Assembly (NCBI GenBank): GCA_012295275.1
Contig: CM022679.1
Span: forward strand, 9,486,001 to 9,550,000
DNA length: 64,000 nucleotides
Direction: 5' to 3'
Source: Chrysomallon squamiferum
Taxonomy: Eukaryota > Animalia > Mollusca
The notes under the pieces are model-generated. The model searched no databases. It worked only from the letters and a program-made list of their open reading frames with translations, and was not told the origin of the DNA. This document shows, piece by piece, positions 1-14,631 of this stretch. The position numbers and the translations under genes are program-made. Within the stretch, counting starts at the first letter, position 1, and each line of letters opens with the position of its first letter.

Positions 1-200
1 GTGTGTGTGTGTGTGTGTAGATGGGTGTGTGTGAGTGAGTAAGTGTGTGTGTGAGTGAGTATGTGTGTGTGAGAGAGTGCATGTGTTGTGTGTGAATGAG
101 AATGTGTGTTTGTATGTGTTACAGTGTGTGTATGTGCATTTGTGGATGTTTGAAAGAGAGTATGTGTGTGTGTGTTTGAATGTGTTTGTGTGTAATGAAA
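1..200. repeat. (GT)n-rich degenerate microsatellite
   Basis: Pure then degenerate GT/GAGT runs at the window start. Confidence 0.9.
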
Positions 201-3200
201 AAGTGTATAAATATATTTCTGTGAACAAGGAAAGTATAAGACATAAAATCAAAAACAAAAACAAAACAGACCTGAATCTAAAATCATTACAAAAAAATTA
301 AAATTAAAAATAATAATAATAATCATAATCATAATCATAATAAAATTCAAAATAATAATAATTAAATAAAAATGAAACCTAAAAGTACTACGATAAAAAA
401 CATGAAAACAACCCCATCACACATACATGTGCCTACACAAAAAAAACAAAAAACAAACAACAAAAACAAGTACAGCAACAGTTACAAAAGTGCATGTTAT
501 CTGCTGAGATAAATGAAAGTAACAACAAGGACAGCTTTAAAAATAAAATATCCGTTTTGAAAATCAGTTGTTTTTTTTGAAGAAAAGTGAAGACAGCGTG
601 ACTCACTCAGATGTAAAACAGTGGCTTCTTTTTATCACAGCAAAGTAGCTGATTGTCATTCCACAATTCAACTCTCAGCATTCTTAACATCTCTTTCAGC
701 AGTTTCAAATGAGGCAAACCCACAGCTCAGTTGATAATCATCTCTAGATGTACACCACTGCACACACTTATAGTTTGTTTTCCATTCAGTTTCTCTAGCG
801 GTTTCTTAATTCATTTTTCTTTCTTTTCTGTTATTCAGTTTTCGTTTCTTTTTTTTTTTTTTTTGGATTTGGTGGGTGTGTGGGAGGTGATGTTAATGAA
901 TGAACAGGTGAGAATGGGTGTGTGTGTTTGCTGTTGTATATGTGTCAGTAAGAATAGCAATTAATGTAATTTGATACAGTGTCTGCATATGAAAAGCTTA
1001 CCAGTACTAAAAGATTTAATGTAAAAATCTGGAATATTTTCAAATTTCTTTTTTTTCTTTAAATGTTTAATTCAGTTAATAATTGTCTTTTAATTTAATA
1101 AAAAATATCAATAAATCATTTCCTCCTTTTTTTTTTTTTTTTTTTTTTAATTGCTTTTGAAAACAAGCCAACTTAGTTAATAGGTGCGTTTTTTTCTCCC
1201 ATTTATTAAAAACCAGGATGTCTTTGTTTTAACTTCAAATATTTTTTTTTTTTTTTTATAAGAATAACATCTGGCTAATACAAGATTCTGTAGCTGACAA
1301 CCTGACACAGGGCTGGATTTTTTAATTATTTTTATTAATATTTTTATACTTATATATATTTTCATTATTCGTTTTATTTTCTCTTTTTTTCTGTTATTTA
1401 CATTGGAGTGGAGTGGCTCTGGGATCTTGCCAGATTAGTTTACCTGTAAAAATGTCAGGTAGGAGACTAAGTCAGCTACAAATGTTACACCATACAGCTG
1501 GCAAGCAACCAAAAGTCCAGTTTTTATCATCAACATAATAAACTCAATGATATTTTCATTTAAAAAAAAAATATATATATATATATTTTTTTAACACTCC
1601 TATTTATTCCATTTGTAAATAAAAAATAAATAAATAAATAAATAAAAAAGATAAATGCCTTCAGAAAGAATGTTAAAATGTCTTGCTATTATCAGCATCT
1701 GATTAAACTGAGGATTGTGTTACATAGGGTTAGTAATACTTGTTTGAAAGATATTAATAACAAACAAAAAAAGAGATAAAGGTATTTATGTTGGTTCTTT
1801 GTGTACTGACTCCTGTATTCAAGTGTGTTCTATTGAGTCACTGATTTATTCACCTGTGGAGTAATTTTTATTTACATACTGTAATGTGTAATCAAACAAA
1901 TGCATTCAGAATGTGGAGCAAGGCCTTGATGCTAAAATATTAAAAAAATATAAAATAGTTTTAATACGTGCTACAGATATCAGGCTGCGAAATGTTAATA
2001 TGTTAATTTAGTAAATTTTCACTGATGTTATTGACAGTAAGAAACAGAATTATGTGTTCTTGCAGACATTCCACTGGAAAACTCTTAAAAAAAGCATGAT
2101 GTCATGTTCTGTTAATGGACAGTGCCCTGATTAGAAATAGTGAGAATGAGTGAATATTAAGGTGTATGACATACATTTGTATATACCTGCACATATATAC
2201 ACAGATATATACATACACATGTATGTATACACATACATACCTACTTACATACACACACACACATAAATACGTAAATATGTAGACACAAACTTACCTGCAG
2301 AAGTACATACATACAGATAGATACAAATATCTGAAATGTAGAAAAACAGTAATACCGATACACATACGTGCGTAAGTATTTATTTTTTAAAACAACATGT
2401 ATTTAAAAATCAGCTTGCTTGAATGAAAGATGTTACTTGATGACTCATGTGAAAATTATTTATTTTAAACCTACATGACACACAGTGTGTTAAACTTTGT
2501 ACAAACACATTGTTGAAATAGTTCCAGATCTGACCACGGAAATCCTATTATCCCAGCAGGAGTACAGTCCCTTTATTGTTGCATGGAAACTGTATCACAG
2601 TTAATAAAGACACACCCTGCCTAAAACAACACAGCCTAACTCCCTGCTAGTAATAACTTCACAAACAGCGTTTCATTGTTTGTAGGTATTTCCTATCAGT
2701 AAATGTGATATATTCAAATCAGTGTATTAAATTTAACTACTGATGTTTTTGAAAATGTCTGCCAAGTGTTATGAGAATGAGGTTATGCTGATAAGGAAGA
2801 ATAAGAAAGTTATAAAATTGATGAAGTATTGATAACTGGATGTATTTTTTTTTATTATTATTTTTTTTAATGAAGACAATGTTTAGAGTATTGTTTTTTT
2901 TTTTAATGTTTTCTTTTTTGTTGGACATACGTGAGAAAACTAAAGTTTTAGAAGAATCACCTGCATGTTCTTAGTAATGGAATGAAATTAAATATTTGTT
3001 TATATTTCAAAATACATTTAAAGAAATGATATTCAATAGTCTGTTCATTGTGAGACTGAAATTATGTTTTCATCTGCATTTTTTTTTTTTCAAATGATTT
3101 TTTTCCCCATTATTATTTTTTTTTAATATATATATATATTTTTTTTTCTTTTATGTTCACATACCTTTTTATTTTTTTTTTTACTTTATTTTCAATTATT

Positions 3201-3341
3201 AATTTATTTTTATTTTATTTTATTTTATTTTTAAAATTTTTTTTACCTCTTTATTTATTTATTTTTTTTTCTATTTTCATTTTGTTTTTTTTTTCTCTCT
3301 CTCCATATGAAAATATATTTGTATTTTTAACTGTTTTGCAG

Positions 3342-3824
3342 CCTCTGGTGAAATTCAAGAGTCATCTCTACTATGAGGAGAAGGATCACGTTGCGGAAAC
3401 AGAAAAAAACCTGAAGAAAGCACCGGGCAGCAAAGTGGGTTATTTTTATAGTTCACCCAGAAAATATTTTATTTATTTATTAATTTATTTATTTACTTAT
3501 TTATTTATTTTTTTATTAATTTATTTACTTACTTATTTATTTATTTTTTTATTAATTTATTTACTTATTTATTTGTTTATTTATTTATTTTTTTATTTTA
3601 AAAAAAGAAAAGAAAAAAAAAAGATTTGTAATAAACATCTATAATTATTTTATTTATTTTAATTTTTTTTTGTTTAAAAATGTTCTGTCTTTTCATCTGT
3701 TCAGACAAGTAATTTTCATAACAGAAAAGAAAATATTGTATTTATATTACAAGAAATGTCACAAATATCTTTCTCAATCATTATTATCATCATCATCATT
3801 ATCATTATCATCATTATTATTGTT

Positions 3825-3872
<48 letters not shown>

Positions 3873-3987
3873 CTTTTTCAAGAAGTTTTGATACACTTGT
3901 CCAGTGATAGATAACTTTTTTTAGCTGTCTATCCATCCATTCCTACATAACTAATTTTATTTATTTCTTGCCCTCCACATGTTGATA

Positions 3988-4018
<31 letters not shown>

Positions 4019-4283
4019 TTTTTTTTTTTAAGTATGAATTTTCAAAGTGTCTAAATAAATAAATAAATAAATAATAAAAAAAGGAGGAAAATTAAAACAT
4101 AATATGCCCTGTTAATGGTTAATGCTTTAGTGTTTTTTTCTGATATTAATTTGTAGATGGTGATGTATCTGAATGGAGTATCTCAAGGACTGGCATTCTC
4201 TGATGTCTTTGAAGGAGTTTACCATCCTGCTGTTTCACTGTACAGAAACTGTACAGTAAGCAAAACACGTACTTCACTGGATT

Positions 4284-4340
<57 letters not shown>

Positions 4341-5539
4341 TCATAATACTGAAAGTGTGTGGATTTCACTTGATTTATATTTTGTTTTTTATTTTAAGAC
4401 ACAAAATAGCAAAGTATTTCTTTAAAACTGGTTCTTTTTAAAAAAGCTATGTAAATATGGTTCTAATAAACATACACATATCAAGCAACAAAAGTAACTG
4501 TAGATTTTATTATCCCAATATTTTTATTTATTAATATGCTGTGACTGCATAAACTCTTCAGATTAGTGTTGAATGTTTTGTTTTTAATATGGATTCTAAA
4601 AATAAATATTACTGTAAATGTAAGAGATAATGGAATATTTACTAGTAATCTTAAATTAATTTCTCATTTAAAAAACAATAATTAAAATTTTCTTTACACA
4701 TAACCAGTCCTTATTAAATACAGTGTGGTTCAAAGTCAGCTTCCTTGCTTTTTAGTCGATACAGAATTATTTCCCTTTGAATCTAGGTTGCCTCTTCATC
4801 TCCATCATCATTATTATTAATTTTTGTTTTATTTATGATATTTCAGGTTACTGTCAACTTTGGGCCTAATTTCAAATACCCACCCAAAGATGTGAAATCT
4901 TACAAACCAGTAAGTTATCATTACGTCTTAATATAAAAATAAAAACAAAATGTGAATTTTAAATAATTTATTATCAGTTTCATGTTGATATTTTATTTTA
5001 CCATGCACCAGCATACTGTAAGTTTTTATTTTTTTTTATTTTTTTTTTAAATATATATTTTTTAAATTATGCCATTAAACCACTGGTTGCCAAATGAAAA
5101 CAAAAGAAACGAAACCTCAGAACTGTGCATCACTTTCAAATATATTTAAAACTCATCACTTGAAATAATCACAGCTACTCTCCTCATTACAACCTTTGCA
5201 ACTGTCACATACATATTATCTGTAATTAAAAAAAAATGCTTTATATATAATATTTCATAAACAAACACACTTGAAGTAAATATTAAGTAAAATGCATTCT
5301 GAATTATATATATATATATATATATACCTGATCAGAATGTTACCATAGTCATAACTAAATCGACTCTTTCTAAACTGTTACAACACTAGTTGGGTTGAAT
5401 GAATACTTCTGTTAAGAATATTTTTAACATTGAAATTTTATTTCAGATGTCTGATGCAGCCACTGAGGCAATGATACAGTGTTCTCTGGCTGACATCATC
5501 TTCCACATAGAAAACGAAGGAGACCTGCCAGAATTTTAA
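3342..5539 (+). CDS. ASH2L: Set1/Ash2 histone methyltransferase complex subunit ASH2, 3' part (SPRY end + DPY30-binding tail); 5' exons lie outside the window
   Basis: Four phase-0 GT-AG exons 3342-3434, 4157-4255, 4847-4909, 5447-5539 splice to [115 protein letters not shown], collinear with the ASH2L C-terminus as I recall it (LIKFKSYLYFEEKD...[30 protein letters not shown]). Confidence 0.93.
3780..3870. repeat. Compound (TCA/TTA/TTG)n microsatellite
   Basis: Directly visible trinucleotide runs in an ASH2L intron. Confidence 0.9.
4283..4337. repeat. (TG)n microsatellite
   Basis: Directly visible. Confidence 0.95.
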
Positions 5540-5696
5540 CAAACAATGTAATCCAATAAGTGGAAAGTAATCATGTTCCAAAAGTCAGAAATAAGAATAA
5601 AAATAAACAAACTTGGATTGAAAACAACTTGCACATTAATCCTATTATATATGTGGTAATATATATATATATATATAAAAATTAGAGCAAGAATGA

Positions 5697-5699
<3 letters not shown>

Positions 5700-5757
<58 letters not shown>

Positions 5758-5783
5758 TGTATATATATAGATATATATACACA
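5700..5783. repeat. (AT)n/(AGAT)n microsatellite
   Basis: Directly visible, downstream of the ASH2L stop. Confidence 0.9.
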
Positions 5784-6819
5784 CTCATTCTTGCACTAAT
5801 TTTACATGCATAAACAAATGGAAAAAATTTACAAATTTTTCTAAAATTTTGATCAGGATAAATACATTAAAATAATTATTTAAATGAAACAATAAGAAAA
5901 ACACTAGACATCAAGTAAAAATAGAAAGCAAATAGTGTTTATTGTATTGTTGATTTCAACACTGAAAGAATAGTTCTAGACAGCTTATATGTGAGAGAAA
6001 ACTGTTGAGTTAGAGATGTTCCAGTAAGAATACCTCACAACTGCCAAGAACATGAGGCCTGTTCATTTTTTTTTTAAATGCACATCCAGTGTTTTGTTCA
6101 TACAAAAAGAAAAAAAAAAAAAAAAATACAGCAAATGGATAAATGTTGTTAACTGAAATAAAAATTTTGGATGAATGTTGTATAGATGTATCACACAGTG
6201 AAAATTACATGTAGTATTAAAAAAAAAAAAAAAAAAATGTTACAATAAAAATAGTTACAAAGTTTAGTATAGTATTTACACTTCAGATGTATATTGACGT
6301 CGCTCATTAATAATTCAATTTTTTGTTAAATGCTTGACAGGCAATTCAGGTACCATTATGATTTTTTTTTTATATGTTGTTTGTAAGTTTTATACACGAA
6401 AAGCAAATTAAGGTATACCTACAACCACATACAAAGGAAAAAAAAAAAAATAGTTTAAATATATTCTGCATACATCTGAGTTTTATATTGTCATTTCTTG
6501 GAGCCAGTCTCAGTAACAAAATCTGACAACAAAGAAGTACAGATAAAATGTAAAGGGGAAAATGAATGCATTCAGATATTTTGCTATATTATTATTTTAT
6601 TGTCATATTTTGTTTATAGCCAGTGATGTTGTGTTCTGCTTGTGCTTTTAACACTTTCAGTAGGCTTCAGGTTTAGCTCTCTTTTTTTAAAGTTTTTTCA
6701 ATTAGTTTCATACTTTTATTCATCAAAGATTTTACTGAATAATTCTTCAGCAGCCAAAACTAAAACCTGTTATATTTTCCTTATTATTATTATTCTTATC
6801 GCTGTTACTAGTATCTTGT

Positions 6820-6940
6820 AATCAATATTATTACTATTACCATCATAACTGTCCTCAGTATTACTATTACCATCATTATTGTCATCAATATTACTATTAC
6901 CATCATTGTCTTCAATATTATTATTACTATTACCATCACA
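6820..6940. repeat. Degenerate ~30-bp minisatellite (TCAATATTACTATTACCATCATTATTGTC-like)
   Basis: About four imperfect tandem copies of ATATTACTATTACCATCAT. Confidence 0.7.
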
Positions 6941-8995
6941 ATGTTAACAAGATTATTTTAAAAAGTATTCGGTTTAGCCCTTTATGATTAACTAAACTAC
7001 AGCAGATTCACTGATTTTGCAGGACTTTATTTGTTTTAATTTTTAAGCACGATGTTAAATTTGTTATTAATCATTATAAAATAATCTTTTTTATTGTGTG
7101 AATATGAAACTTTTCTCTTTCAGTCTGCCATTAGTCTTTTTTTGGATCGTGACTAATTTGAAGTGTATTTCATACTGATAATAAAAATATGATTTTTCAA
7201 GTGACTATTACTGTTATTTCATTTTATACTTTAAAATTAAAAAAGGAAACATGGTGAAATATTAAACAACAATAGGTTTCTAAAACTAATGACACTACAG
7301 TCAGAAATGAGCTTCTAAGTAATTTTTATTACAGAAATCAGTGCAATAATTGATAATTTGTGTAAAAATAAAATATAAAAGTGAAATGCCATACTTCCAG
7401 TGTTATGTAAAATATACTAAAATATATACATGAATAAAATGGGATAACAGTATTTAAAAAGAATTGTACAATTCAGCACAAATGGATATATATATATATA
7501 TATATTACAAGTCCAGTAAAATATATATATACATATATATTTTAAATGTTCTTAAATGGTTGGAAATAAAATATTATAAAAACAATAACAATTTGTGATA
7601 GTTTAAATTAATCATATAAGATAGATCTTTTCCAGTGTTTTTAACATGTATAACTGTTTTTAGTTGTTGTTAAAACTAAATCTCATTTATAAGTAATGAG
7701 ATTTGTTTACCACAGTTAAACAAGCAGTGAATGTAAACTTAACTACATCTATTACATAAACTAACAAAACACATGGCTAATAATGTAATTCATTTTATTA
7801 TTATATTATTATAATTTTATATATTTTGGTCTCATTCAAGATTCTGTAACATCTAGATCATGATCTATGCATTGTTTTGGAAACCTTCACCTAATTAGTT
7901 TTTAATATTTTTAAAAGAATGTATCGTCAAGTATTCACTAATGAGGTACGCAGTTGTTTGTAAATGATTAAGGTTGATGACTTTTAACCGAATTTTTCAT
8001 GAAAGGAAAAAAAATTATTTACAGGGATTTTGTAGGTGATACTGTGCGTTTTTACAGTTAGAACAGTTTTTGCTGTCTTTACAATCAATGCTAGGTGCAA
8101 ATTTTTGTTTACACATGATGACCTTTCAAATTAAGATTTCTTTTTTTTTAGCCAGATCATATTACCAAGTAATTATAACATGATGATAATGCTTATTTCA
8201 TCCACATTCATATCCTGCTGTCCAACCCTGTACTACCTTATGAAACACATGACAGTCATTCTTCATAATACATTGTTTTATCATTTTAACAAACAAGAAG
8301 ATAATATACATTTTGTACATTGTGCTTTGTTCTGACAATAAATTACATTCATAAAGGCTGACATGATGAGTTTTAATATAACATTAGAAATTTATCTTGT
8401 AATTCTTAACCTGATTGATAGTGTCCCCCAGTGACACTATGAGAACAAAAAGTGATCATAAAACCATGTATTTATATACTTATATATTTATAATGTAAAA
8501 ATGCTTGTAACTAAACTACATAATTCATCATACTTTTATCACAGTACATAAACTTAACCTAAGAGCATGAAACTTAAAAATTAATTGAAATGTGGCACTG
8601 AAAAATAAAAGGTAATAGAACTGCTGTATTAAACTGACAATGATTTTGCAAAGATTTATTCATTGATTATCTGGTTGTTTTTACATTAAAACTATTACAG
8701 AAAAAAAAAAAAAAAGATAAAGAAACACATTAATACTCTGGAATTAAAACATACTATAAAAAGCTCATTTTATTGCACAAATTTTTAAACATAAATAAAC
8801 AATACACATATATTATATACTTATATGACATTGACATAACCCCAAAAAATCCTCTCATCTTTCATTTCCCAGACATGATTGATGAAAGTCAAAGATCGGT
8901 ATCTACTACAGCATGTAAAGAATTGTTTAATAGATAATTGTTTTATAAATAAAGAGAAAAACTGCTGAATGTCAGTTAAAGAGAGTGAGTGATTA

Positions 8996-11900
8996 TTAGC
9001 TGCCATTGTCTTGGTAAACTTCTTTCAGTTCATCCAACAGTCCCAGCAAATGTCTGTTACCTCCATATCCAATAATGAGATCTTTAGCTCTGAAAAGAAT
9101 TCAACAAAAGTCATATAATGTCAACAAAACCAGTTATTGTTATGTCAGCCTGTAAGGTGATCTGAGTGGCCCATATGTTATCTAAATGTAAGTGTAAACA
9201 AGATGTTTTTTTGTTGGATATTTAGAAAATGCTTTTGATAACAATGTAATTTGAATGACTTTCATAGTCTTGCTTTACTTTGATATCTTTAGTGACAAAA
9301 AATTAAACAAAAATCATTTAAAAAACAGTATGCTGTTTGAACGTAAGTGTTAACGAGTTGAAAACATACTAATATTAAAAAAAAAAAAAACATTTAAAAA
9401 TTAGAAAAATGCTTTTGATATCAATGAAATTTAAATGGTTTTCATGTTTTTGCTTTACAGTGGTCACTTTAGCAATGAAAAGAATAAAACAAAGTCATAT
9501 GAAAAAATAATGTGAACAGAGCCAGCTGATTCGTTATCAGAACGCAAGTTTTAACAAGTTAAAAATTTTGATATTTAAAAAAAAAAATAATTTAAAAACC
9601 TGCTTTTGGTAACTAATTTCAATGATTTTCATAATACAATAAAGAATCATAAAGTTATGAAGTCATTATTTAAATTTTATGTTTCTATTATCTTAGTTAA
9701 ATAATTACAAAAGAAAACAGAAAACCACTGAGATTGAAAGCAAAAGCTCATTACAAAAATAAAACACTAGATTTTATCAGCGTCCCGAAATCATTCTTAG
9801 AACATGTGCTAATTTTCATACTCAAACCAACCTTTTTTCCAGTTCTTTCAGTTTGCCCTTGGTGTATTCAAAAGACCCTCTCTTTCTCATCAACTCAACA
9901 CAGTATTTTTTAATATCAATATCTACAGTTCTTTGTCGCAGTATGCCTGAATGCAGGTTAAGGTAATCACTTTTAAACAAATTTGAAATTTAAAATAATT
10001 CACAAACTCTAGTATTAATAAAACATTAAAAAAAACCCCACAAAACTTCCCCATCCACACCAAAAATAACAACCCCTCAATTAAAACAGATAATATTTGT
10101 GTGTTTTTTGTAGAATCCTAATTTTTTTTTTTATTTATCTGTTTTTGATATCTATAATATTTATAGTATTATCTGAACAGATGGTTTTGAAATACTTTAA
10201 AACATTATTTTCAAATGAAAGCTTTTAATTAAATTCACTGGCCAAACATTTCAGCTTTCATAAAAACATTTTATCTGGTCAAGCAGGCCTCTTACAGTTT
10301 TTATACAGTAAGCTTTTGTTGTTTGAATATGATATTTAAAAAAATGTTTGCTGTTAATGTAATGTAATGATATATGTAATTAAACCAACATTAAACCTTT
10401 AGCTTCTTTTTTTTTTCTTTTTTTTTTAAACCCAGCATAAATTAAAGCCAGAGATTTTTTTCATCAAATATATTTATAAATCAGGGCTCTTTCAATACTT
10501 TAGACAATATATATATATATATACATACATACATACATACATATATATATGTAATATAACATTTAAACATAAAACAATGTGTTTCTGATACATTCAATCT
10601 ATGTAATATAATGTTAATAAAACATTGAAAATGTGAAATGATATTCAGAATTTGATTGTCACATATTCAACTAATATAATATATTGTGAAATAATACACA
10701 CAGTCTGTGTGTTATAAAGGATACTCAGAATTTGGTTGTCATTTGGGTTTGATCGAATGGCGTGGATTATTGGAAAAGAAAATTTCCCCTCCGTCAGATC
10801 TTCTCCAAAACTTTTGTTGGATTCATACTACAATGCAAGAAAAACATGTCTTCATTATTTAATGTTTATTTTACTTTTTTCAAAACACAGCTAACAGTAA
10901 CATTTGTGCTTTCAAAAAATATTTGAACAGAAATATGCAACAAAAATTATCTGAAACAAAAACCCTTCCTACAGAGTAAGATAACTGTATGAACTAACAC
11001 CAATGTAAACAATATTCCCAACAAAAATAAATAAATAAAATAAAGTAAAAAAAACAAAAAAAAACCCCACAAAACCCCCCACAAGTAATAAACAAAGAAA
11101 GATTAAGAAACTGAAAAAAACAACCTTGTAATTTAAAAGGTTTTAATTCAGTTCATAAAGAAAAGTAAAAAAAAAAAAAAAATGAAAAAAAAAAAGGTAG
11201 AAGAAAGATTTTAATTATAAAAACCCACCTAATTTGATGTAACTTTTATAAGAATAGATAAAAACAATCATTACCTCCTTTGAATTGAGATTGGCATAAT
11301 CATCTCTGATCTGAAAGTAGAGCCCAAGAACACCAACAAGAGGCTGGAAATCACTGCAATTAAAACATTCATTTATATCTTTTAAATCTCTGAATACAAT
11401 ACAATAACACCAACAAGAGGCTGGAAATCACTGCAATTAAAACATTCATTTATATCTTTTAAATCTCTGAATACAATACAATAACACCAACAATAGGCTG
11501 GAAATCACTGCAATTAAAACATTCATTTATATCTTTTAAATTATCTGAATACAACATAAGGTAGTGACAAATCATGGAAGAAAGAAACAAACTCAAAAGC
11601 CCCTAAAAAAACCAAAACAAACTTGGTCTTCTCTATCAACAGAACTAAAAAGTCAGTTTGTTTTCTAATGTGAAAAGTAATAGTTAGCTTCTTTTTTTCC
11701 CCTGTTATTTAAAAGATTTTCATTTACTTCAAAGAAATCACACAGCCTTTAGCGTGTGTGTCTGTGTGTGTGTCTGTGTGTGTGCATTTTTATTAAAGCA
11801 GATAAAAAAATAAAAAAATGACATAATTAATTCATAATCTTAGGAGAAAAACATGCCTGTCACATATTTTATTTAAGAAATAGAAGACCTATTTCTGGCA

Positions 11901-14573
11901 GTGTATTTTATAAGCTACGTCAACCTGATATTATTGTTGATTCTTACCTCTTGTTGTCACTAAACAGCTGCATCATCTTCACACCAAGACCAAACAGTCC
12001 ACCAGTTTCTGAGAAAAAGTTTTAAAATTCTTTGAATCCCTTTAACCCAGCAGTGTCAGGTAACATACTAATAGTCTGTGAATATCTACAAGTCACATAA
12101 CTTGTCTGTGTGCTTTATTTTTTTTTATCTTTTTTTTTTTTTTTTTTTTGTCTGGGATAATTTAATATAATATTATATTTTAGGGAAATAAATATCAGTT
12201 AGAATTTTGTTCATGTTTTACTGATCCTTATATGATATACAATGATAAACAAATATTTAAAGAAACATATAAATGACACATAAACATACACACATACAAA
12301 CAGAGGACGGAGTGATCGTATTTACAGTGAAAAAGTGAAAGTGAACTGACTGTGATTACTATCACACACACACACACACACACATGGACAAACACACAAA
12401 CACACACAAATAACATCACAATAATAACACTCACAATTACATCCCTCTCAAACACACTGTACAGATATACAAGAATCTATTCACTTCATTCGTAACAAAT
12501 CTTGTCACAGATTTTTTTTTTTTACTTACTTCTCTGTACCATCATCATGTACTCTTCCTCTGTTGGACACACATTGGAATCTCTCCAGTAAATATCCATC
12601 CCCTGACCTCTGTGCAGGTCTAGCAGCTGTTCTGTTATTTAACAAAACAAAATACAAAAAAATGTATTAAAAATCCATTATCCATTATCAAGTCTCGTAT
12701 CTTGTAAAAGTTATGTAAATGTAACTGTTTTTATAAAAACTAAAAAAAAATTTCAGAAAATAAGCCAAAAAAAAGTGGCTTAACCTAGAACAAATTGCAA
12801 TAGAATCTTTTATGACTGTCCCTGGTTAGAAGAGTCCCTCTGAATATCCACACCAAGTTCGGACAAAATTCAAAATGGCTGCCAGTGAAACCTCTATGGA
12901 CCATTATCTCCTAAACAGTCCATTCTAGACCACATAAATGTACTACAGGCAGACATGCCTTCAGAACTTTTGTGTGTCATCATAGGGAATATGATGTTAT
13001 TGACCCAAATTACAGCATATCAGTTATCTGTCTACAAAATTACACTGGCTTATAAAAACTATAAAATTATGTTATTGTAAAAAAAAAAAAAAAAAAAACG
13101 AATAAAATGCATTGACTAAAAAACTGCATCATCTTTAAACAATCTCAAAACACTTTATACTGACTATGTATCTGTGCATGGTATTTAGTAATGTTCTGTT
13201 ACATTTAAATATCTCTTGTTAAGAAAGGAACTGACCTGTGAAAATTCTGTTAACATCTGGGTGGTCAAGTAACTGAGCTTTCTGAAGACCAAGGAAGTAC
13301 ACGTAATTAGCTGAATTTATAGTGTGAGGAACACCAAAGATCTTGTGGGCAACTGAAATAAAAAAATAAAAATAAAAATTTAATATTATTTTAGTATTAT
13401 GAGAATTAAATAAAAGTAAGATAATGTTTTGATTAAATTACGTATCCAACCTATTTTATCTCTGGTATTATGGTGCCAGATGTACAGTTAAAACCCCGGA
13501 TTATGAGCATGGAAATCTGTATTCTTCATGGACTCTTCTTTCCTCTCACTGAAACTGGAAAACCTCCATTTTATGGGCTGTTCTTTTGGATTAGCAATCT
13601 GGGATTTTTCTGTATGTTCCGTCTGACGAACATGACAGTATATACCACACACTTTATTATCCAAGTCACGAAAAACATACTGGAATGAGAAACAGCTCAG
13701 TGGATCCACCAAAAGGATTGATCTGAAAACCTTCTGAACTTTGAACAGACACTCTGCCATTGAGCAGTGTCCTCTCTTTATGAAATAAATAAAGATCTAC
13801 AGGACAGTGTAAAGATTACTCAGAATAAAGAAAAGTGATAAATAGAGACAAATAATGACATACAAGAAATGCCAAGATAAAGAATCTGGATGTCTTACAT
13901 ATTTTACGTGCATTTAACCCTATTTCAAACTTATAATTATACAACTGTTTTAACATTATGTTAGTAAGCTGAGACACATTATGAGTAAAAATAATATTTA
14001 TACATACCAGGAATTCCTCTTCTTAAATTAGAATGGTCTTCTATATCATCAATTCTTTATTTAAAAAAAAAAAAAGAACAATAATAAAGTTAAAAATTAT
14101 AAAATACTTTTTTAAAATAAAGATAAAACTCCCAATTTTCTAAATCAAAATAATGTAAAATTAAAAAAGGTTTTTTTTCCTTTTTTTTCTTAAATTGCAT
14201 TTTAATTACATCTTCTCAAGTTATTGAGAAAAATTAAAAATTATAAATGGATCTTTACTGTTTTCACATAACCTACCAAACACAACACACACACACACAC
14301 ACACAAACAGTCACACAAACACAAACACTATAATACTCAAGCTGTTAAAAACTCACAAAAGGCTGGCATTATGTAACATCTGTATGACATCAGCTACAAG
14401 TTTAAGCTTTTCCTTTGGAATGTTTAACCACTGGTTGAATGCCTATAAGACAAAGTCACTTATTACAAAAAAAACCCAGATTTTCTTGGAATTTTAAATA
14501 GAGCTAAAAACAACATCAAACTGATATGTGAAAAAAAAAATATATATATATATATATATATTAAATAAAAAAA

Positions 14574-14631
<58 letters not shown>

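Noticed and set aside
65-3891. Hydrophobic or low-complexity ORFs (65-301, 731-964, 3153-3644, 3670-3891)
   Set aside because: Translations of microsatellites and T-rich intron sequence; only 3342-3434 within them is a real ASH2L exon.
11329-11555. 77-bp repeats as a CRISPR-like array
   Set aside because: No unique spacers, no cas genes, eukaryotic context; it is a plain tandem duplication.
12800-13800. Less AT-rich intronic patches, including a TA|CAGTTAAAACCCCGG end at ~13483 resembling Tigger/pogo termini and ORFs 13470-13688 and 13488-13760
   Set aside because: Probably old repeat fragments, but I found no matching second terminus and no recognisable protein motif, so no call is supported.
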